Origin: Selaginella moellendorffii | Taxonomy: Eukaryota; Plantae; Lycopodiophyta | Direction: 5' to 3' | Assembly (NCBI RefSeq): GCF_000143415.4 | Contig: NW_003314337.1 | Location: 305,004-323,727, forward strand | DNA: 18,724 nt | In this document: positions 10,032 to 18,724 of the stretch, piece after piece | Numbering within the stretch: position 1 is the first letter of the stretch | Layout: each line of letters starts with the position of its first letter | The notes under the pieces: generated by a model | Database searches by the model: none | What the model was told of the DNA's origin: nothing | The model's input: the letters and a program-made list of their open reading frames with translations, nothing else | Position numbers and translations under genes: made by a program

Positions 10032-10120
10032 GAACCCTAAAGATCAGGCACAAAAGCTCTTCCCCCCAAGAAGTTGAAACGGGGGACTATGGTATTTCGC
10101 CACGTGCCCCTAAACCCTAA
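10032..10120. promoter_or_regulatory. G-box and telo-box elements in the divergent OSCA1 / VHA-c'' promoter
   Basis: GCCACGTG (CACGTG at 10101-10106), AAACCCTAA at 10112-10120 and a second AACCCTAA at about 10033-10040. The two ATGs are 373 nt apart, head-to-head. Confidence 0.55.
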
Positions 10121-10196
10121 ATCTCAAGTTAAAAATAATTTCCGTTAACCAGCTAAGACATTCCACGCATATTCCCGTGTTCTAGGGCTCGCAGCA

Positions 10197-11206
10197 ATGA
10201 GGGCCGCGGACAGCAGCTCGTGGCGCCACGCCTTGCTCTACATCTCGCCCTACACATTCGCCGCGATCGGCATTGCGATTTCCATCGGCGTTTCGGTGCT
10301 CGGCGCATCCTGGTGTGTAAATTCTCTTCAATCTGTAGCGGATAGATCAAGTTGTATCGAAATTCTCCAATCTTTCGAAATTCTTTAGGGGGATTTACGT
10401 GACCGGGAGCAGTCTCATCGGCGCCGCGATCAAAGCTCCAAGAATCACATCCAAGAATCTCATCAGGTATTTCTTTTTTCTTTCTGCGCTCCTTGCTTGT
10501 TCTTTGGTTGCTCAAAGAGCTAATCACGCATAATGTTTTAGTGTGATTTTTTGCGAGGCTGTTGCAATCTATGGAGTTATAGTTGCCATCATCTTGCAGA
10601 CTAAGCTGGAGTCTGTCACTCGAGACTACCAGCACACAGCGGAGTCGATGCGCGCTGGCTACTCCATCTTCGCCTCTGGAATAATCGTTGGCTTTGCAAA
10701 TCTTGTTTGCGGGTAAGCTTTCACAGTGAGTTCTTCGTAGTTTCTAAGGTTGTCCTAGAAAGTTTTTGTTTGAGCTCCACTTTAGCTGCGTTTCACAGCT
10801 CAGTTCTTCAATTCCCTGCAAAATTTCTGTTTTTTTTCTGGGTCTTGAGAGTTCGAGCTTTTAGTTATAAGATTTCACAGTGAGCTCTTCGTAAGTTCTC
10901 AAAGTTCTCCTTTTTAGTTGCCTTTCGTGTAGCTCTTCCTTGCAAATTCTTCTTTTTCTGGGGCTTGACAAGGAACGAGAGTTTGAGCTTATAGTTTTGG
11001 ATCGTCCAGTTCTGACGATCTCGAGTTTTCCTTGCAGGATTTGTGTTGGAGTGATTGGCAGCAGCTGCGCTCTCTCCGACGCTCAAAACTCGACGCTGTT
11101 TGTAAAAATTTTGGTGATTGAGATCTTTGGAAGCGCGCTGGGTCTCTTCGGCGTCATCGTTGGGATCATCATGTCTGCTCAAGCTACATGGCCCAAAGCC
11201 ACGTAA
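10197..11206 (+). CDS. VHA-c'': V-type H+-ATPase proteolipid subunit c'' (VMA16/ATP6V0B ortholog), about 177 aa, 4 exons (10197-10312, 10389-10466, 10542-10712, 11038-11206)
   Basis: [61 protein letters not shown] (proton-carrying Glu) ... [43 protein letters not shown] introns are in phase. Confidence 0.97.
10714..10998 (+). repeat. Diverged tandem duplication (about 130-155 nt unit) within VHA-c'' intron 3
   Basis: TAAGCTTTCACAGTGAGTTCTTCGTAGTTTCT (10714-) versus TAAGATTTCACAGTGAGCTCTTCGTAAGTTCT (10868-). Also TTCCCTGCAAAATT...TTTTTCTGGGTCTTGA-GAGTTCGAGCTTTTAGTT versus TTCCTTGCAAATT...TTTTTCTGGGGCTTGA...GAGTTTGAGCTTATAGTT. Confidence 0.8.
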
Positions 11207-11327
11207 ATATTTCGTTCGTTCTCCTTCTTTTGAGTGGATCGAAACGGTGTAGTAAGCATATTCTACGTGGCGTGTAAAATATGCTCTCCCATAAAATGGC
11301 TATGGCGGATTCTTTCACTTCCATGCA

Positions 11328-12556
11328 ATGGAGAAGGCGAGGCTGTTCTTGCGCGAGGAGTACGCCGCCATCGATCCGGCGCTCCCCCACTGGCTCTCGG
11401 TCCTCAGATCCACGGGCGCCTCGGAATGCTTCCACAAGCACGGCACATTCTTCCAGCATCTGGTCGAGGTTTACAGGATTCTCAAGCTCTGGGGCGCGCC
11501 CGACGATGTGTGCCGCTGCGGCCTCTTCCACTCGTCCTACTCCAATTCCTACGTCAATCTCGCGATCTTCGAGCCGGGCGTGGATCGCAGCCGCGTCAAG
11601 GATCTCATCGGCGATCCGGCCGAGCAGCTAGTCGAGCTCTTCTGCATCGTGCCGCGGCAGGAGCTCATCCACGACATGCTCCTCTTCAGGTAATCCATTC
11701 GAAATTCGCGACATCGATCGAGCCTATCGAAATTTTCTCTGCCCCCAATTCTTTCTTTGTTCTTGCCAGGTTTTCTGACGATCAGCTGCAAGAGGCCGCC
11801 GCTAGCGATCGATCTTGCAAGAAAAGCAAGTTGCTACTTCCCGATGGATTCATCACCGTGAAGAACATCCGGAATGGCGAGGACGTGAGGCTGCCAAGAC
11901 GCATCGTGGCCGTGTTCGTGCTGCTCACCATGGCCGATTTTTGCGATCAGCTCTACAATTGGCAAGACAATCTCTTCGACAATCGCGATGGCGAGCTCCG
12001 ATTCAGCGGGAATCACTATTGGGCGCTCTGGCCTGGCGACGTCCAGCCCGGCCTGTGGATGAGCTCGATCTCGCGCATGGGCCTCCTCCTCAAGGGGCTC
12101 CTCAACGAGGAAGAACAGGATAACGGAATATGCGACGCTCCCGCCGCCATAGCTTTGAAGCTCCCGCCCCTCTTCGACGGCTGCTCCAAGCTTCTTCGCC
12201 CGGTGGACCAGATCGCGGCCAGGGATTTGTATCTCGAGGCAGTGGGCGCGGATCTCAAGCGCCAGGGGTTCGATTGGATCGCGGGGAAGCTCCGCGGCGC
12301 TTGCGAGAGGAACCCGTGGATCGGCGAGCCCCATCTTGTTCTAGCGCAACTGTGCTGCCTGGAGGGCGCGTTTGAGGAGGCGGCGGTGGAGGCGGCGCTG
12401 GGATTGGAGCGGCTGCTGCAGTGGGGCACGGCGTGGGACAAGCGCGTCGCGTGGGAGGCCTGGATCGCGTGGGGAAGAGTTTTAGAGATGAATGCCAAGG
12501 AGAAGAAATGGCCCAGCACTGCCTGGGGAATGATCAATCTGGGACTCGTGAAATGA
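11328..12556 (+). CDS. Uncharacterised DUF6817-like protein (HD-like His-rich N-domain, helical TPR-like C-terminus), about 382 aa, 2 exons (11328-11689, 11770-12556)
   Basis: ECFHKHGTFFQHLVEVYRILKLWGAPDDVCRCGLFHSSYSNSYVNLAIF, TMADFCDQ, ALWPGDxQPGLWM and NPWIGEPH...WGTAWDKRVAWEAWIAWGRV...WGMINLGLV match a conserved plant/algal uncharacterised family I recall as DUF6817. An 80-nt phase-2 GT-AG intron (11690-11769) joins the two ORF-track frames. Confidence 0.85.
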
Positions 12557-12614
12557 AAGAAAAATGCTGCTTGTCCGACAGAGATAAGCGCTCCCCTGTT
12601 CTCTAGGGCTTCGG

Positions 12615-12633
12615 TGGGCCTGTTTTAGGGTTT
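12615..12633. promoter_or_regulatory. Site II (TGGGCC) plus telo-box (TTAGGGTTT) pair upstream of the EMSY-like gene
   Basis: TGGGCC at 12615-12620 and TTAGGGTTT at 12625-12633. This pairing is an established plant promoter module. Confidence 0.5.
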
Positions 12634-12864
12634 TCGAGCGGACCAGCGATTGAGGCGGCGCCGCCGCTCGTACTTGGCGGCGTAGTGGCGGCGCGGCGGG
12701 GGGCCGATATGGAGAGTTTGTCGAATCTCCGCGCTGGAGGAGAGACGAGCGAGCGCCCAAAGGATTAACAGGGCAAAGGACGTCCTACACACAACCTAAG
12801 GGAAATCTTTTTGTGTCCCAGGAGGGAGTGATTAGGGCAATGTGGAGGCGCTGAGCGAGGATAG

Positions 12865-14959
12865 ATGTCGGGAAGGCGCTCGCATAGCATGGAATACGAC
12901 GACCCCTTGGACAGTAGCGGTAAGCGCTCGCTCTCCCTCTCCCGTCGATCGATCGATTCCTCGGCAGCGATCTATAGCTAAGCGTTTGCGCCCAGGGACT
13001 GACGACGATCTGCCGCCCACGCATTCCGCCGGCGGCCGTGCCTCGCGAGGCGTCCGCGTGAGTGGGAATGGGAGAGCTGCCACGGGCGTGATCTACGCGA
13101 GCTCGCAGCCTTCGGGGAGTGTGGATCATATGATCCATCGGCTGGAGCAGGAGGCCTACACTGCAGTTTTACGTGCGTTTGGAGCTCAGTCGGAGGTCAT
13201 CACTTGGGTGAGTTGTTGGAGGTTTTCTTTTTTCCATTTGTGTTCGTTCTTTCATCCTTGTGACTTTGGGATGTTGTCCTAGGCAAAGGAGCGGCTGATG
13301 ACGGATTTGCGCAAAGAATTGCGCGTCACTGACGAGCAACACCGGGAGTTTTTGGGAAAAGTTGCGAGCGATGAAAGCATCAAACAAATCCAGTAAGAAA
13401 GTTTTTTTTTTTTGCTTGACATGTACTCTTGCAAATTAATTCTTTCTTTCATTTCAGACAACTATCCGCGGTGCCACCAGCAATTGCGCCCTCCGCTGAG
13501 GTTTCGCCGCCTCCTGTAACAACTCAGTCTCGCAAGAAGCAAAAAACTGCGCTTCTTCCTCAGGCAGCGATGCCTCCGTCGTCGTCGACTCCAACGCCTC
13601 CGCTGCCTCCACATATCAAAACCGGTCCTGTTCAATCGACCTCCGGCTCTAAGCGTCCTGGGCCAAGCAATGGTCCCCGCGGAAAGAAGCAAAAGGCAAA
13701 CTTTCTCAGTTCTCTTGCCTGTCGACTTACCTTCGTTCTTTCTTCTGTAGCTGCAAGGACGAGCTTCTAGCTCTTCAAAAGGACATGGCGGTAAGGCCGG
13801 GAGGCCACCCTCGAATAAAGCTTCAGAGAATTCAGCCGAAGTCTCGATAGATCCATACATTGGGAAGAAAGTTAAAACGCGATGGCCGGAAGATAACGCA
13901 TTCTACGAGGCTCTTATCACCGACTACAATGCGGAGACGGTAACCAGAGTACCATTCTTATCATTTTGTTTCCAACTCAGTCTTTTAGGGACGTCATGCA
14001 CTTGTCTACGACATGGACACCGCAAATGAGACGTGGGAATGGATAGATCTCAAAGAAGTAAGCGATCGTTTGCTCTTATCATGCGAGTTTGAGATTGTGG
14101 TATTTTCTCTCAGGTGCCTCCGAGCGACTTAAAATGGGTCGAGGGTCCAAATGCAGTTATAGGACGCAAAGCCCCGCCACCTGGAGCTGCTAGAGGTGGC
14201 ATGGGCCGCGGCATGAAGAGAGGGCCAAAGGGTAGCGTAGCATCACCGGGTGGAAAAGCACGGGGCGGTACTCCAAAAATGCGGGGATGGAAAGGGCCAT
14301 CCTCGGCTGAGAACGGCTCGCGGTCATCACTCGGACTTATACCAATAGAAGACCTGGCGAAGGAGGTTGTGCTACTTTTTTTACACTCGAATGACAGAGA
14401 AATTACTATTAATTTCCTTTTCACTGCCTTTAATAGGTGGACAAGCTGGAGGAGGATGACGATTTGGCCAAGCTCGAAGATGCAAAGAAAGCCGCCAAGG
14501 TAGTGCTTTTCCCATCCCGGAGTTATTGCTTTTCTTTTTTCTAACAGCGCGGGCTTTCAGGCTCACGAGGAGAATATCAGGAGAGCACTAGCACAAGTCG
14601 GCGAGTCGTCTGACGAAGCCGAGAGTGGTATGTTTTATGCTCTCGAAATAAATGCTCCGGGACGAAGAAACAAGACTGTGGTCTGTTAATTGTTCTCATA
14701 TGTTTCAGACGATGCCGGGCAGCCACCTTCGTCGCAAACTCAATCCGTTGATCACGAAAGGGAGCACAGAAGCAGCGCTCAAAACAGTCGGGAACACACG
14801 AACGCTGACAGTGACGAGGAAGAAACTGCTGGAAACGAGAGGAGGGTCGAGGCCGATGGCTCCGACGGCGAGCACACTGCCGGCGAGGGCGGTGCGGCGT
14901 CCGACGCTTACGATGATCAGCAAGGGGAGGACGGTGACGAGAAAGACGAAGATGGCTAG
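12865..14959 (+). CDS. EML: EMSY-like (EML) ENT + Agenet/Tudor chromatin reader, about 501 aa, 10 exons (12865-12919, 12996-13207, 13283-13392, 13458-13695, 13751-13939, 13989-14057, 14114-14365, 14437-14499, 14561-14627, 14709-14959)
   Basis: N-terminal motif DSSGTDDDLPP; ENT domain IHRLEQEAYTAVLRAF...ITWAKERLMTDLRKELRVTDEQHREFL; Agenet domain IGKKVKTRWPEDNAFYEALITDYN...RHALVYD...ETWEWIDLKE; coiled coil and acidic tail. Alternative start at 12889. The intron 4 donor is uncertain (probably GC). Confidence 0.93.
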
Positions 14960-15601
14960 AAGCAAACAACACAGCAAAGAGAAAAAAAACCTACCGAGGT
15001 TTGTCACTTTTTTCTTCTTTCGATTGGTGTTAAGGCATTTGTCATGGCTGACTTTGAGCTCTGGAAAAATGGAACTTTGCTGCAGGGAAACGATAGCCGG
15101 ATTGAGGTTCTTTTTGTACACTGGCACAGCACAACTATTCATTAACAGGTAGTTTTACAGTATTAACAGGCGGGCTGGGGAAGAACAGGGAAGAACAGGA
15201 GGCTGTATTTGTAACATAAGATGATTTGGAAGATGCAGGCTTTGATCAAGGGAAGAAGTCTCACCCACAACAGTGGTGATGATCGTGTGGAACTCTCCAC
15301 AAATTTGGGAGCTCTTCACATGGATCATCGTCGATCGATCTCTAAAGCTTATTACACAAGGTAAAGGAGGAGAGATTTTGCTTCTATCTATCCTTATCTT
15401 CAATCGAAAAGTTTTAATGTGATGGACTCATTGAATGGGTTTTTTTTTTTTTTCCTCATTTTTTCATTTTTTCTCTTTGTTTTTTGGTTCGGCAGAAAAG
15501 CGGAATAATGCATCATAAATTCCAGTTTAATGACACCCGTGATTTCGCGTACACGCAGCGATGCAATCGGCGCCGTCGGGTGCTCCACGCTGGAGGCGCA
15601 G

Positions 15602-15658
15602 TGACGTGTCGCTGACGTGTCACGACACGTATGCGGGGCTGTAGAATCGGCGGACGTG
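15602..15658. promoter_or_regulatory. Cluster of ABRE/bZIP (ACGTGTC) elements upstream of the IQD gene
   Basis: TGACGTGTC at 15602-15610 and 15613-15621, inverted GACACGT at 15624-15630, GACGTG at 15653-15658. Confidence 0.6.
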
Positions 15659-15973
15659 AGGCCGAGTTTCGAATCGGGCTGTTGGCACAGTTTTCCCTCT
15701 TCTCTCTTCCTCCATATAGGTCGAGGCCGCGAGCTATGGTCGCCGCCGCGCCCCATTCTCGATCGCCATCGCCATCGCCATCGCGCTCGCTGGTGGAGCT
15801 TCTTAATCCACTCTCCTGCTTACATGCGCTCTCGGCCTCGTCTCCTCTCGGTTGTGCGCGCTCAATCGTTTGCCTGGATTGATCGCCAGCTCGCGCTCTA
15901 GCTGCATTTGCTCTTTTCGATGCGCCTGGCGATATTTCGGTAGTCGCAGTGGGACAAAACCCCCTTTCGCAAG

Positions 15974-16100
15974 GTGAGCTCCTCTTTCTCGGCTTGATCT
16001 TCGTACAGTGAGATCACGGGAGGCATGCATTCCCGTGATCTTGTGTCCTCTCTTGTTCCTTGTACTAGGGTTGACTTTACTGTGTGATCTTCTCGCTTAG
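15974..16100 (+). other. Predicted 5'UTR intron of the IQD gene
   Basis: Donor AAG|GTGAGC at 15974 and acceptor CTTCTCGCTTAG| at 16100, 24 nt before the ATG at 16125. Confidence 0.7.
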
Positions 16101-16124
16101 GTGATGCTCCTGTGAGAGACAAGA

Positions 16125-18244
16125 ATGGGCAAATCTAGCCGGTGGTTTTTGAGCTTCATTGGAGTCAAGTCGAGCAAGTCCTCGTCTTCGTCCTCCAAGG
16201 AGAAGATCTCTTCGTTTGAAGAACGCAAGAGCGAGGAGTCCAGTGTAAGTGATTCCAATCCCATCGATTCCACCGAAGTTTGAATTTTTTTTCTTTCTTT
16301 CTTTCCTCTTTATGCTGTTGAAGTTATGGCTGCCAGATTTTGTGGTCTTCACATCTCACGATCAGAAACGTCTTGCTCGAGAGTTTTAATACTCGCTTCT
16401 TCGCCGTGTTTACAAGTTTGGAGTTTTATCGCCTTGTGCTTTGTTTCCTTGTTGCTGCTGTCGTTTTCCCGGATTTTTGTGAGGGTATTGATTCCTTGTG
16501 GTTGATTTGCTTTGCAGAAGAAGAAGCCGCGAGAGAGGCGCAGGTGGAGCTTTGGAAGATCGTCTGCCAAAGACTCGGCTGTAGCAGATGCCGTTCGCAA
16601 GAGCGACGATCAGCGTCGCCATAGTCACCACCATCCTCTGCATGACTTTGATATTAGCGACAGCCTCTCTTTCGAAAAGGACCAGAGCAAGCATGCAATT
16701 GCGGTTGCGGCTGCCTCCGCTGCGGCTGCCGAGGCTGCCGTGGCTGCTGCTCAAGCAGCGGCCGCAGTGGTTCGTCTCACCAGCACTGGAGGCTCGTTTC
16801 GCGGATGCGTGAGTTTGGAAGAGTGGGCCGCAGTGATCATCCAGACTGGCTTCCGAGGATATCTGGTAAGTAGTTGTACCACTTCATCGGTCGATTTGTA
16901 AAGCTTGCCGTTTTTCTCTACAGGCTAGAAGAGCGCTGCGAGCTCTCAAGGCTGTGGTCAGGTTGCAAGCTTTGTTCCGCGGTCATCTTGTTCGTAAACA
17001 AGCTGCCCTTACACTCCACTGCATGCAGGCGCTTGTTAAAGTTCAAGCTCGTGCTCGTGCACGTCGTGCATCCGACGAAGGCCTGCCGCCCCAACAGCAG
17101 CTTCGTCACCGGCGACAGCAGCATCAGCAAGATGTCCGTCCTAGAAAATCCGTGGTAAATGTGCTCCGGGTTTTCATTGTGTCCCAAAGTTTACTTGGTT
17201 CTTTTAGGACGGATGGGATACCTCGGCTAGAAACGTGGATGACTTGCAGTGCAAGTTCGATCAAAAGCAGATCGGACTTCTCAAGCGCGAAAGAGCCTTG
17301 GCTTATGCTTATGGCCACCAGGTAACTTAAGTAAGCTTTTCCATTTGTCTCTCGTGACACTGCAAATTCTTCTGTAGAGTGGAGCCAACAATCTTGGCTG
17401 TGAGTCGGAAACTAGCCCCTGGGAATGGAGCTGGTTGGAACGATGGATGGCTGCTCATCCATGGGAAACTCAGGGAGGAGGTCCTCCCGCGGAGGAGAGC
17501 ACCAGAAGTGCTCCTGATGCTGCGCAGCAAGACAGAAGCTCCGAGAGCAGTGCTAAAGTGGTGGAGATAGACTCGGCCAGATTTTCAAAGCGCAGGCCGA
17601 GAAGAAAGTCTGGGTTGTCATCCGAATCGATAACATTTGATACCAACACTTGGTCGACATCGCCACCACCGAACCGCCCCGCCGAAAAACAGCAGCTCTA
17701 TGCCGCGAGCTTCGACAGGTTTAGCAACGACGTGCAAGAGAAGATCTACTCGGCTTTTGTTGGCGACTACGATGATGAGGACAGCTTCCTCTCAACTGCC
17801 AAGAGCAGCCCCGCATTCTCTACGACTGGCTCCAAGACCACCAAAAGCAACGCTTTTCTCTCCAACAGGAGCGAGCAACACCAGGCCGACGAGCTCTACA
17901 GCTACAACTACGATGGCTTTCCCAGCTACATGGCTTCTACGAAATCGACCAAGGCAAAGTCCCGCTCTCAGAGCGCTCCAAAGCAAAGACCGTCGAGTTC
18001 GTCCGAGAGGCAGCAGCACCATTCGAGGAAGCGGAACTCCCTGTCGGGACTGGATATGCGGCCGGGCAATGGAAACTTTGGAGGCTCCTCTCGACACCAC
18101 CAGCAAAGGCAACAGCAAATCTCTCCGGCGAGAAGGAACAGCAACAGCAATCGTGGAGCTTTCACTGGGCCTCTCTCTTTGGATCGATCGTGGATGAGCT
18201 TGCGAGACGCGGGAGGAGATTTTCGAAGGCCTTTCAGGCCGTGA
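16125..18244 (+). CDS. IQD: IQ67-domain (IQD) calmodulin- and microtubule-associated protein, about 559 aa, 5 coding exons (16125-16244, 16518-16865, 16924-17154, 17208-17321, 17378-18244)
   Basis: N-terminus MGKSSRWF; [30 protein letters not shown]; IQ67 domain [16 protein letters not shown]|[26 protein letters not shown] with the diagnostic phase-0 intron; [10 protein letters not shown]; WSWLERWM; DUF4005-type [25 protein letters not shown]. Confidence 0.96.
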
Positions 18245-18724
18245 AGAAGATTGCATGAGAAAAAGTTAAGCTTTAAACTCTACAAAAGCGTTGTAGACTT
18301 TCCAGTCTGAGATGTGTAAAAGGAGAATCTCAGTACGTGAATCCTGTAGAATCGAGCACAAAAACCAAGAACGCAGTGCTTACAAAGGCGTTTAACGTCT
18401 TCCTTCATGAAGTGTTCGTTTTGATAACTCCTCAAGGAGCAATAAGAATAGCATACCAACACCGAAAGCTGCTGCTGTGATCACTGGACCAGTCTCATTA
18501 CGAAGTGAGCAAGTTTTCAAGACACAGCAGGCTTACTGGCAGGATCTGCAGACACCAAGTGGTGCATTGCAGAAACCACTCTCAGATTTTTTGATAGACT
18601 TGGTAGTGCTAAATTTTTCACTAAGATTGATCTTTGTGGTGCTTCAGAATTTAAAATTCTTTAGGGACGATGATGATCAAAGCCTAGAACAATGGTGGGC
18701 AATTGAAGTGCAAGTGTTTTTGTT

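Noticed and set aside
617-11206. Apparent endomembrane gene cluster (DAD1, ARMH3-like, OSCA1, VHA-c'')
   Set aside because: These are unrelated housekeeping genes with no shared pathway; co-location is expected by chance in a compact genome unless conserved synteny is shown.
11234-11769. N-terminal part of the 440-aa ORF 11234..12556
   Set aside because: Artefact. The real exon 1 is in another frame (11328-11689) and this ORF simply reads through the intron into exon 2.
15155-15901. Short ORFs between EML and IQD
   Set aside because: Low-complexity intergenic, promoter or UTR sequence without coding signatures.
1-18724. Prokaryotic-type systems (CRISPR, operons, IS elements), tRNA/rRNA, intact transposons
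   Set aside because: None seen. The window is spliceosomal-intron-containing plant nuclear DNA with no repeat-spacer arrays and no transposase or RT motifs.

Overview
Gene-dense eukaryotic, land-plant-type DNA. Introns are mostly about 47-80 nt and intergenic gaps 0.1-1.2 kb, which is consistent with a compact lycophyte genome such as Selaginella (inference). I reconstructed eight intact protein-coding genes by hand, checking splice sites and reading phase: DAD1/OST2 (-), an ARMH3/C10orf76-like protein (-), an intronless ankyrin-repeat + RRM fusion protein (+), an OSCA1/CSC1 channel (-), V-ATPase subunit c'' (+), a DUF6817-like HD-type putative metalloprotein (+), an EMSY-like ENT/Agenet protein (+) and an IQ67-domain IQD protein (+). 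The window also has a (TA)n microsatellite, a decayed PLS-type PPR remnant not in the ORF track, two probable GC-AG introns, a tandem duplication inside an intron, and several promoter motifs (telo-box, site II, ABRE cluster). Family names come from my recall of motifs; no database search was run. The best candidates for undescribed biology are the ANK-RRM fusion, the DUF6817-like protein packed 121 nt behind VHA-c'', and the plant ARMH3 homolog.
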